Shown: positions 1 through 8,841 of the stretch, piece after piece
How positions within the stretch are numbered: the first letter of the stretch is position 1
How the letters are laid out: each line of letters starts with the position of its first letter
Source: Paraspadella gotoi
Lineage: Eukaryota; Animalia; Chaetognatha
Assembly: GCA_051294375.1 (NCBI GenBank)
Contig: JBJCIZ010000147.1
Coordinates: 1-11,651 of the forward strand
Length of the DNA stretch: 11,651 nt
Reading direction: 5' to 3'
Position numbers and translations under genes: made by a program
The notes under the pieces: model-generated
Database searches by the model: none
What the model was told of the DNA's origin: nothing
Seen by the model: the letters and a program-made list of their open reading frames with translations, nothing else

Positions 1-368
1 TAAATTTTTTAGTCATGCGACGCAACACAATGGATGGACCGATCTTGTTTTTCTGTCGCGAAATAAAAATTATTCTGTCGCAGAACCAATTTTCTCGTCA
101 CTCAATCTATTCCGTTTAAAAAATAATTTAATACATAATTAAAACGTAAAGTTGTTATATTTTGTTTCTTTGGATTCAACTTGTTTTTTACATTGTGGCT
201 TAAATTTGAATTGGAAAATGGAAAAAGGAGGAGGAGTAAATGAATAACTAAAAAAAAAGAAAGGGAAAGATTTGGAAAAAGGGAAAAAAAGGGAAAAGTT
301 AAAGAGAAAAAAAAGGGATAGAATAAAACGGGACGACCCGAAGCCAAAACAACTCAAAAAAATAGGAG

Positions 369-374
<6 letters not shown>

Positions 375-421
<47 letters not shown>
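375..421. repeat. (AG)n microsatellite, about 23 units, within a purine-rich tract (~215-435)
   Basis: Perfect AG dinucleotide run read directly. It explains the low-complexity ORFs 102..347, 139..357 and 272..511. Confidence 0.97.
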
Positions 422-427
<6 letters not shown>

Positions 428-610
428 AAGAAAAGTAAATACTCTTACAACATATTTAATAAAAATTTAGTTATAATTATCATTTTTTACGAAACAAACC
501 CCAAAAAATAAATTATCAATGTTACTTGCAATTGAATTATCGCTTATTGACTAAATAATTAAATATCTATAGAATAAAAAAAAACTTTATCGCTTTTTTA
601 TTCATATATA

Positions 611-655
611 TCTCTCTCTCTCTGACTCTCGCTCTCTCTCTCCTCTTCTTTTTCC
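611..655. repeat. Interrupted (TC)n microsatellite / pyrimidine tract
   Basis: tctctctctctctgactctcgctctctctctcctcttctttttcc. Confidence 0.85.
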
Positions 656-999
656 TTAAAAAATCCCCTAATTAATTATTTAAATTTCTTTTAATTTTTA
701 TGCATCGCCGCCATTTTGAATCGAGTCTTCGGTCCGTATTTTTCATCTTTCGATGTCCTTTTGTTTAAAACTACAGCGACGCTGGATTGATTTCGAGGCT
801 GAGATAAAAGATAACGAACCGAATGGTTAAAAATCAAAATAAAAAGAATGAAAATTTTTTTTTAAAATTCAAAATTAAATAAATGACATTTATATTCGGT
901 TGAAAGGCGATATATAAGACGATGTAAAGGAATTTATTCAGTTTCTCGCTTATTGTAACCTGATCGGACTGATGACGTTACAAGTATAATACTGAGATA

Positions 1000-1236
1000 T
1001 GTCATCTCCCTAATCCTCCGCCCCGCGGGGCGGCTCTAGGGGCGGCCCCAGGGGGCAGACTATTCCAGGGGGAGCAGCAAAATGGTCATTGAGGGGGCGC
1101 CCCTTCTGGATTGCCTCAGGGGGCCGCCCCAGGGGGTCTATTAGGGGCGCCCCTAATGCTTAGCCCCCTGGGGCCAAAAAAAGTCTGCCCCTGGGGGTAA
1201 CCCCTTGGGGAGCAAAAAACTGCTCCCCCAGGGGCG
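1000..1236 (+). repeat. Left GC-rich inverted-repeat arm built from CCCC-N(1-3)-GGGG and GGGG-N(2-3)-CCCC palindromes
   Basis: ccccgcgggg (1021-1030), perfect 18-bp palindrome attaggggcgcccctaat (1140-1157), hairpin ggggagca-aaaaac-tgctcccc (1207-1228). Confidence 0.85.
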
Positions 1237-2036
1237 AGTTAAAGAGAGAGCAAACTTTAGATGAGAAAATATACTTTCTGACTATGTTATTATATCTGAG
1301 AATATTTCTCCCTGTCTGTTACTCTCTTTTTCTCTGTCCCTTATTCTTTTTCTCTCTCTCTTTTTCTCTCTCTCTCTTTTTCTCATTCTCTCTTTCTTTT
1401 TTTTTCTCTCTCTCTTTTTTTTTCTCTCTCTTTTAAGACTTGTTTATGTAACTGAATTAAATATACACTTTTTCTCAAATTATTGTTAACTCATTTATTC
1501 CATATTTTATTTAAAAATTATAATATTTGTATTTTTTAACCCAATTATTTTATTTCAGTTAAAAGATATAAAAATAAGTTTTAGAAAACAATTTAGGACG
1601 TAGCCACACAAATTTAGTGGTAAAAAGCTAATCAGTCCTTTGTCTTCTTTTTTTTTGTCTTTTTTTTGTCTTTTTTAATTTTTTTTATTTTTTTTTTGTT
1701 GGATGGACATACTGATAGACTGTTAAAGAGAGACATAATTTTTAAAAAAAATATTCATAATTTGATGTTTAAAAAGAAATTAAATAAATAACCAAACAAA
1801 TAATAGGCAGTAACTGACAGACCTACTTAGTGAATTATAGAGTCCCCCCCCAAAAAAAAAAACAACTATTCATCAACATTAAACGAGTTCTACATCGTAA
1901 AATAAAAAATTTCTTATTTAAGATTTGTAATTAATAATCGTCAGTTTGTAGATTGCTTAAGATGAACTCACATTATTAAGTAGAGGCTGACGATTTGAGA
2001 GAGAGAGTGAGCAAAACTTTATTTCTAGCTCAATCA

Positions 2037-2282
2037 CATACTTTTTTACTCACACACAAATTTTATTCTAATCCATCTATTTAATCACGAATAATTGGAG
2101 TTTAATGCTAATATGGGACGGACTTAAAGACTGATATTAATAAATTAATCAATTAAATATTTTTTAATTAATTATTTTTTATAAGTGAATTAAAAAATTA
2201 AAACCATCCTACTCTTTATTCTATTATTTCAAATTTCATAGATGAATTAAGATAAAATTTTGTGTGTGGGTAAAAAAGTGTG
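2037..2282. repeat. Internal ~45-bp inverted repeat (arms 2037-2080 and 2238-2282)
   Basis: catacttttttactcacacacaaattttattctaatccatctat versus the reverse complement of the right arm, cacacttttttacccacacacaaaattttatcttaattcatctat (about 39/45 by eye). Confidence 0.88.
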
Positions 2283-2413
2283 CTAGTGAAAGTGAGTTTT
2301 AATGGAAAAACAAAAGTTACTTTTACTTGAACATTATTAAAAAATTGTTTGTACTCTTTTTCTCTTTCTTTTTTTTATTTCTATCGGAGAAAATTATTAA
2401 TTTGCTAATTGTT

Positions 2414-2910
2414 AAGTTGATTGTTGACCAAATTAATTAATTTGACCAAATTATCCAAGTTGTCCAAATTATCTAAGTTGACCAAATTGTACAAGTTGAC
2501 CAAATTATGACTGTTGACTAAATTAAACAAATTAACCAATTTATACCAGTTGACCAATTTATGCCAGTTGACAAATCTATGCAATTGACCAAATTATGCA
2601 AGTTGACCAAATTATACGAGTTTACCAAATATGAAAGTTTACCAAATTATTAAAGTTTACCAAATTATTAAAGTTTACCAAATTATTAATGTTTACTAAA
2701 TTATCAAAGTTTAGAAATTTATTAAGGTTAACCAAATTAAGCAAGTTAACTAAATTATAAAAAAAATTACCAAATTATGAAAGTTTACCAAATTATAAAG
2801 TTTACCAAATTTTAAAAGTTAATTAAATTATATCAGTTGACCAATTTATGTCAGTTGACAAATTATGTCAATTGACTAAATTATGCAAGGTGACCAAATT
2901 ATGCAAGTTG
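2414..2910. repeat. Minisatellite, ~18-bp unit AAGTTGACCAAATTATGC, roughly 27 degenerate copies
   Basis: Recurrent (a/c)agtt(g/t)accaaattat every 17-19 bp. Confidence 0.95.
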
Positions 2911-3070
2911 GTATGGTGCAGCTATTGGTTCATTGATTGATTAATTGAAGTGAAAAATATTATTTTATTTTATATTTTATTGTAATGAAAGATGAAATAG
3001 AAAAATAGATAGAAAAGAGAGAAGAGAGAGAGGGAGAGAGAGTAGAGAGAGAGATAGGAGGGAGAGAGAG

Positions 3071-3290
3071 CCGTTCCAGGGGCAGGAAAATCCATTCCCC
3101 GGGGGTAGCCCCAGGGGCAAGGTTTTTTAGCCCTGGGGGATTCCCCTGGATGGCCCCTTGGGGCTCCAAAAAAGAGGCTACAGGGGCCGCCCCTAGGCGG
3201 TAAGGATTTGCCTGCCCCTCGGGGGCCCCGCGGAGCCACCCGCGGGGCCGCCCCAGCACCGCCCCCGGGGAAGCATTCTGAAGGATGACA
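3071..3290 (-). repeat. Right GC-rich inverted-repeat arm
   Basis: Its reverse complement cccccagggctaaaaaaccttgcccctggggctacccccgggga matches left-arm ccccctggggccaaaaaaagtctgcccctgggggtaaccccttgggga. The outer end matches 998-1050. Confidence 0.85.
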
Positions 3291-3300
3291 TACTTCAGAA

Positions 3301-3521
3301 AGCAGTCTATTTGTTCTGGCTTTTTGATATCAAGATGATGATAAATTTGACAAGAGAAAAAAAATGCGAGCCTTCAGATCAACAGGATCGGAATCAAGTG
3401 TTTTTACATCGATATTTTACTGAATATTTTACCAGGAGCATTATATGTTTGGTAGTCAGATTTGAACGAAAATCCATTTGAAAAAGTCTCTCTCGATCTC
3501 TAAGAACGACGTAGACTCCTA
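3301..3521 (-). repeat. Dispersed repeat copy 1, inverted relative to 5474-5695; probable DNA-transposon end
   Basis: tctaagaacgacgtagactccta (3499-3521) is the exact reverse complement of 5474-5496. Similarity with small indels is clear back to ~3327 and weaker back to ~3301. Confidence 0.9.
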
Positions 3522-3559
3522 TTATATGCCTCAAGTTGGTCACTGACTAGATTAAGATT

Positions 3560-4165
3560 TGCTTTCTTAAAGAGCCAATATTTTGCTTTCTTAAAAGAGC
3601 CAAAATTTTGCTTTTAATTTGCTAAAATTAGCCAATAAGGAAATATTTAGCTTTTCCAAGCTAATTGTCGTTTAAAATTCCCAAATAAAGGTATGTCTAG
3701 CTTTTCCAAAGTAACACGCCTATAAAATGCCCAAATAGGTAATATCTAGCTTTTTCCCAAAAGTAACACCCTTTAAAAATGCCCAATAAGGAATATCTAG
3801 CTTTTCCAACGCAAAACACGCCTTAAAATGCCCAAATAAGAATGTCTAGCTTTCCCAAAGCTAACACGCTTTTAAATTGCCAAATAAGAAATGTTTCGCT
3901 TTCCCTAAAGCTATATTTGCTTTCCAAAAGCTACTTTTTGCTTTGAAGATACCAAATAAATGTTTAGCTCTCCCTAAAGCTAGATTTTGCTTTCCCAAAG
4001 CTAATTTTGCTTTTCAAAAGCTACTGTTGTTTTTAAAATTTCCAATAGGTAATTTTTGCTTATCTAAGCTAATATGGCATTAAAATGCTCAAATAAGGCA
4101 AATCGTTTGCTTTTGCAAAAGCTATTGCTTTTTATCATAACCAAATAAGGAAGTTTGTAGCTTTC
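3560..4165. repeat. Minisatellite, ~50-bp unit (TAAAATGCCCAAATAAGGAATATCTAGCTTTTCCAAAGCTAACACGCCT) with ~19-bp sub-repeats (TTGCTTTCCCAAAGCTA)
   Basis: Full units start near 3623, 3672, 3723, 3775, 3824 and 3873. Shorter sub-unit expansions occur at 3560-3620 and 3895-4030. Confidence 0.93.
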
Positions 4166-4309
4166 AAAGCAAGCAATAATTTAATAGGATTTGATAAATA
4201 GCAAAAATTAATACTTAACGTAAATATTTTTACGTATTATATATATTAACCTTTCTACGCTAATAATGATCTATTTAACATAAAAAGTCGTCCCCTACTT
4301 TTTTATTAA

Positions 4310-4640
4310 ACCTCTCATATCTCTCTGTTATTCTTTCTCGTACCTTTCCTTCTTCACAGCTTTTCATTTTTTCTAACCCTTTTTCCTCCGTTTCATCTTA
4401 CGTCTTCACTTTCCATTTTTTACTTCCCAACCTTTCCCTGCTTTCTTTTCCACTTTCCTTATCTTTTTTTTATTTCTTCCTTCCTTTCTTTTTCTTTCAA
4501 TTTTTCTCCCCCTTTCTCGCCTTTACCTTTATCTCTCTACTTTTATCCCCTTTGCCTTCTCTTTTCCTTTTTTTCCCTCATTCTCTCATTTCCCCTTCTC
4601 CTCTTCTGTTCTCCCTTCCTCTTTTTATCACTTATTTTCT
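4310..4640. repeat. Long low-complexity polypyrimidine (C/T) tract
   Basis: About 330 bp dominated by C and T on the + strand. Confidence 0.9.
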
Positions 4641-5473
4641 TATTTAGATTTGAATCAAATCAAATGAAAAATCTTTTGATTCATTATAGAAGAAATGAAC
4701 GGTAGCGCATGAATTTTTCTTTCAATTTGGTTCTAGCAAATTTATTATATCGACAGATTTTGCCGGTATATCTTTCGATGTCTGAGAAAAAATTAAGTCC
4801 TGACGCTTTCCATTGGCCGTTAAAAGGATGCGGTTTTTTTAAATTAATTCAAGGTCAGTATGTACCTCATCTTTTAAAACTAATAAGATGAGTTGAAAAT
4901 ATTCTCTTTATACAAAAATAAATGAAGACACAAAAAGTCACAAATTAAAGGACGTCTTTTAAAATTATTTGAGGCTAAACCAAAAAAGTTTTTTTGATAA
5001 TTTTATAGAGTGTTAAAAGCTTATTCAATAGCCTATATTTTATGTTAATTTAAACAAATTGCTCTATTTTCACTTTAACAAATTATAATAAAAACTGAAA
5101 TGACACTTTTGTGACTGTAAACTTTTAAATTAATTCATAGGCAAACTAGAAATGATTTTTAAGGAATAAATTACCCAGAGGTAAAGAAGATAAGGAAGAA
5201 CGAATTTCCAAAGTAAAAAAATTTTCTTCAACTTTCCTTGGCACTGTAATCAAAACGAAAGTGAAAATGGACAACATGGATATGATTTTTTTCTCCTAAT
5301 GTGCAAAAATTGTACTTTTTTAACATTTGAAAATGGGTGGATATGATTTCAACCAACCCCTAGTTTCATCCAATTTGATTTTGGTAGAAAATCAATTAAT
5401 ATTGTAAGTAACAACTGAACAAGTTGGAAAGAGTTGCTTTTTTGCTAAATGCGACGTTTATAGGGCGGAACCT

Positions 5474-5900
5474 TAGGAGTCTACGTCGTTCTTAGAAATC
5501 GAGGAAGACTTTTTCAATGGAGATTTTCGTTAAAATCTGACTACCAAATAATGTCAACGCCCCTGGGAAAATTCAGGTAAAAAATAGATGTAAAAACATC
5601 GATTCCGATCCTGTTCATCTGAAGGGCTCGCATTTTTTTTCTCTTGACAAATAACATCATTTTGACATGAACCATTCGATTCAAATGGATTGGTCCGCTC
5701 GGGAAATATTTTTGACTCAATTTTTATATAAAAGAAAGGGATTTCTCAACTTAATACAATGTCAACGCTTAAGGTATGTTGTCATTTTACAATAAACTTC
5801 GATTCAGGAATCCGATAGCAATATGTCTGAAGGGCTCTCAAAATTTTTCTTACATTTCATGGTTATTTATATGATACGATCATGTAAAGTGAATTAGTCC
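5474..5900 (+). repeat. Dispersed repeat copy 2 (5474-5695) followed by a degenerate 208-bp internal duplication
   Basis: Inverted match to 3301-3521. aatgtcaacgc occurs at 5550 and 5758, and tctgaagggctc at 5618 and 5826, both offset by 208 bp. Confidence 0.8.
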
Positions 5901-5997
5901 ATTTTGGTGAAATTTTTATTTAAAGTAAAAGTAAAGAGAAGCTAACGATCGGAATTCTAAGAGTTTTCAACCGGAGTCAGATTCAGAAAAATCTTAT

Positions 5998-6536
5998 ATG
6001 GCGAAAATCTTCCAAAGAAGGGGTTGATTTTCCGAAGATTTTGGTTAATATTTTCTATATTTATGGTGATTTTTTTGAAACTTAAAAATACAATATTGCC
6101 ATCATTCTACTTGGCCGTCAAGAATATATTAAAAAAACCTGTGACTTTTTCGTCAGAGCTTAGTCCTAGACCTATGTGCTTCTGCTAAATATTAAAGCAG
6201 TATTCTTATAGAATAATTTTTTTTGAAGTTTTTATTAAAATTTTATTCAAATAAAGTTGAAAAATCCCTTTCTCCAAATCTTACTAGAATTTATTCGACT
6301 TCAGGAATTCTACTTATTTACAAAGATGAAGAGATAATGCCTAAAGTGGAGTGAAAATAGCATTACGAAGGAGGAGATGAACTGTTTGGATAATGTTAAA
6401 GAGAGGATTATTATTAAACGGAAAGTTTTCCTATTAGTGCGACGTACCGTCTCTTCGGAAAAGGCGTGAAAAGAAGCGAGATTTGGAGAAGAAAACGTAA
6501 AGCTGAAGTCGATGTTTAAAACAAGAAAAGAAATGA
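5998..6536 (+). pseudogene. Putative 5' exons of the FReD gene (~5998-6175 and ~6305-6536), frameshifted
   Basis: From ATG 5998, one shift in the GGGG run (6020-6023) gives MAKIFQRRGLIFRRFWLIFSIFMVIFLKLKN, a basic then hydrophobic signal/anchor-like stretch. There is a ttcag acceptor at 6300-6304 and a possible gtgag donor at 6537. No homology was recognised and the frames do not join cleanly. Confidence 0.25.
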
Positions 6537-6651
6537 GTGAGAACCTCTATTTTTAATTATTTTTTTTCCTCGCATGAAACTTTTAGCTCAATAACTTAAT
6601 TCGTCGTTAAATTGACCAGTTTTCGTCAGTTTTAATATTTTATTTTTCCAG

Positions 6652-6924
6652 TATGATTGGACGACGACGCCCCGATGATACAACGATTACTCCGATGATG
6701 AGAACAAATTTCTCGATGATGGACACGGCAATCTTCTCTTCGCAGGGAGCATTCATGGATGACGATAAAAGAATTAAATTAAATGATAATAATGAATTAA
6801 TGATGCTTTGTGAAAGGCGAGAAACGTGAAAAGATGAAAAGATTTTTGAAATCGTTTAGGTCGTCGCTTGATGAATCGGTGAAAAAAAGGGAAAAATATA
6901 AAAGCGTAATAGTAAAAGTAAATA
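6652..6924 (+). pseudogene. Putative exon of the FReD gene (Thr/Asp-rich linker plus charged segment), one frameshift
   Basis: Strong tttttccag acceptor ending at 6651. It reads YDWTTTPDDTTITPMMRTNFS...ELMMLCE, then after a shift in AAA 6813-6815 GEKREKMKRFLKSFRSSLDESVKKREKYKSVIVKVN. Donor candidates are gtaaat (6918) and gtaagt (6925), with a short intron to ttgacag (6959). Confidence 0.45.
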
Positions 6925-6959
6925 GTAAGTTAAAATATAACTTTTTCTCCTCTTGACAG

Positions 6960-7268
6960 TGTCTCCTGATCAAACACACTTTCATCCCATTTTCTGTGCA
7001 CAACGTGTATTCGGAAGAAAGCGAAGGTTTTTACGGAAAAATACGTTGGAGTGAATACAAAATGGGATTTGCGAGAGGTACGAATCTGATGAGGATGTGA
7101 GTGGATATCACATACAGACTGTATGTTGGAATCCACTCACAACTGTATTACAGTGTGTCCAATGGTACTGTCGTTAACTTTACATATTGTGCGGAATGTG
7201 TTCCTAAATATTTATTCTGAGATAACAATGTCAAAGATAGTTCTTACATTTATGATACTATATTTCGA
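6960..7268 (+). pseudogene. Disrupted middle exon of a fibrinogen-related domain (FReD) gene
   Basis: SPDQTHFHPIFCAQRVFG, then after a 1-nt shift near 7018-7020 SEGFYGKIRWSEYKMGFA. This resembles the FReD signature QRRxDGSxxFxRxWxEYKxGFG. It ends YDTIFR, which fits the YxxFR that precedes VxxExxxY in the next exon. There are in-frame TGA codons at 7098 and 7218, and no phase-0 GT donor at the expected end. Confidence 0.6.
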
Positions 7269-7705
7269 ATTCATTTTTATAAAACTTTTTTGCCAAAACA
7301 GAGTCTTAGTTTTTAATTTTTTAATTTTAAATTAAGTTTTATATTTTGAATGAATTGTATTAAAAAAGAAATGCATAGAAAATATTTTTAAATTGATTTA
7401 AATTATTTTTAAATTTTAATTTGTATAAAATAAGTGCATCAAAAAATAAAATTGTATATATTAAAAAAAAGAAAAAATTAATAAAAAAATTGTTTAATTA
7501 TTTTGAAAGTTATTAAATTTTATTATTTAAAGTTTGAGCTATTGAATCTTAAGCCAGAAAAAAAGGTTGCTATTCATAGATTATCATTAATCAATTAAAA
7601 AACTTATAGAAACAAGTAAGTAATGATTTTAATAAATAATAAATATTGCTTATAAAAGCTTGTAGCTGCATCTAAAGAAACAATTTAAAAGATTATTACC
7701 TTATT

Positions 7706-7740
7706 TTCTCTCCTCTCTCTCTCTCTCTCGCTTCTCTCTT
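7706..7740. repeat. (CT)n microsatellite abutting the TTAA insertion site
   Basis: ttctctcctctctctctctctctcgcttctctctt. Confidence 0.85.
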
Positions 7741-7742
7741 AA

Positions 7743-8841
7743 GGTCCGGATCACTTAATTCAAATTATAATTAGGCTAAAACCGAGCTCGGATTTCGAAA
7801 GGGAAACTCCTGACGATTCCGAAAATTGTAATTCACTTTATTATTTTTTCAAAGCGTTATCGTTTTTTTCGATTTTTTTTTTAGCTATATAAAATAAAAG
7901 AAACCTATTGAAGAGTGAAGCCCAACGGTAAGGCGGTTTTCATGGAAATTGGCATGGATTACTTTTAGGTCACGAACTCCAATCTATAGAAAAGTACTTT
8001 CAAAAATTTGCCTTCCTTCATAGAAAATTTGATTAGTTTTAGTCAATTTTTGGGATAAATTCCTTATATCTTTGAAACGAAATATTTTCCAAAAAACCGC
8101 GCTGATAGAATCTCCCCCACCTTTCTTTCTTACAAGATATTTTTTCTTTCAAGAAGAGTCCTTGGTTTGGAGCTGCAACTCTTCGTTTTAACTTTCACTT
8201 TCGGTCAAGAAGTTAAATTCTGTACTCATTATTTTTGCAAGATTCACCACAACATACACAGCACGGGATGTGATGATGAGTTTGTTCAACGCTGCATGTC
8301 TTAAAAAAATGTCTACTGTTTAATTTATTTTAAATTCAGATTTGATTTTTTTTTTCAGAAGATTCCCTAGAAAATAAGGCAACTATTTTATGATTAAACA
8401 TTTATATTAAAGTTAAAAGTCAATTGAAATAAATTCGATAAAGTTTTTTAACTCATAAAATCATAAAAGCATATAAAACCCATCTGAAAATGTGTAGAGT
8501 AGCTTTGTTTTAGACTTATTAGTGCATACACCTTAAAGTTACCGGCTGTATGTACAAAGGAAGAATTAATATAAGAAGTAGATAATATGACTACTGTAAA
8601 GATCGAGGTTGTTAAGTAAAATTGGTTGTAGAAATTAGGCTTACATTTAAAAAAATATTTTCTCTTGAAAATCTATTTTACCGAAGAAAAAAAATTTGTT
8701 TAAATTTTAATTAACATTTTTAGTAGAATTTTAAAAGTGTTCGATTATTTTTTTAATTAGAAAACCTCTACAAGATGTGAGAAAATGATTAAGATACAGT
8801 AAATTAAGATTTCTACAATATTATGGTTGAGTGATCCTGGC
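7743..8841 (+). mobile_element. TTAA-flanked non-autonomous DNA transposon, Kolobok-like MITE (~1.1 kb), copy A
   Basis: TTAA (7739-7742)|GGTCCGGATCACTTAA ... TTGAGTGATCCTGGC|TTAA (8842-8845): imperfect ~16-bp TIRs with a TTAA target duplication. Purine (GG) termini with TTAA are the Kolobok pattern, whereas piggyBac starts with CC. A second copy at 10910 shares the same left boundary. Confidence 0.78.

Larger units (their letters stand above)
1000..3290. mobile_element. Non-autonomous DNA transposon (~2.3 kb, foldback/MITE-like) with long imperfect GC-rich terminal inverted repeats
   Basis: Left TATGTCATC (998-1006) is the exact reverse complement of right GATGACATA (3284-3292). This reads as TA|TGTCATC...GATGACA|TA, or AT|GTCATC...GATGAC|AT. 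GC-rich blocks 1015-1236 and 3071-3270 align as inverted copies. The TC-rich tract 1305-1432 is mirrored by the AG-rich tract 2995-3070. No transposase ORF is present, and the superfamily cannot be assigned. Confidence 0.75.

Noticed and set aside
102-511. ORFs 102..347, 139..357 and 272..511
   Set aside because: These are translations of purine tracts and the (AG)n microsatellite.
708-717. YY1-like motif CCGCCATTTT
   Set aside because: A single motif with no adjacent gene start to support a promoter call.
2960-3259. Minus-strand Gly/Pro-rich ORFs of 99 and 89 aa
   Set aside because: They arise from the stop-poor GC-rich transposon arm plus the (AG)n tract.
3877-4083. 68-aa ORF with FAFQK repeats
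   Set aside because: It is a translation of the minisatellite.
2414-4165. CRISPR-like reading of the two tandem arrays
   Set aside because: Units are contiguous and degenerate with no unique spacers, there are no cas genes, and the context is eukaryotic.
7120-7205. ZZ-type zinc-finger-like pattern (QCVQWYCRNFTYCAEC) obtainable by a frameshift
   Set aside because: It needs an ad hoc frameshift, lacks the first CxxC, and conflicts with the better-supported FReD assignment.
6834-7316. 160-codon + strand frame interrupted only by TGA (6954, 7098, 7218), suggesting TGA=Trp or selenocysteine recoding, or a genetic-code-4 horizontal transfer
   Set aside because: TGA 6954 lies inside a well-formed short GT-AG intron, the FReD-like motifs are split across two frames, and the gene's last exon ends with TGA as a normal stop. 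A spliced nuclear gene with lesions is the simpler explanation.
6797-7335. Listed ORFs 6797..7003 (-), 6930..7136 (-) and 7123..7335 (+)
   Set aside because: These are shadow frames of the + strand FReD exons with no recognisable motifs.
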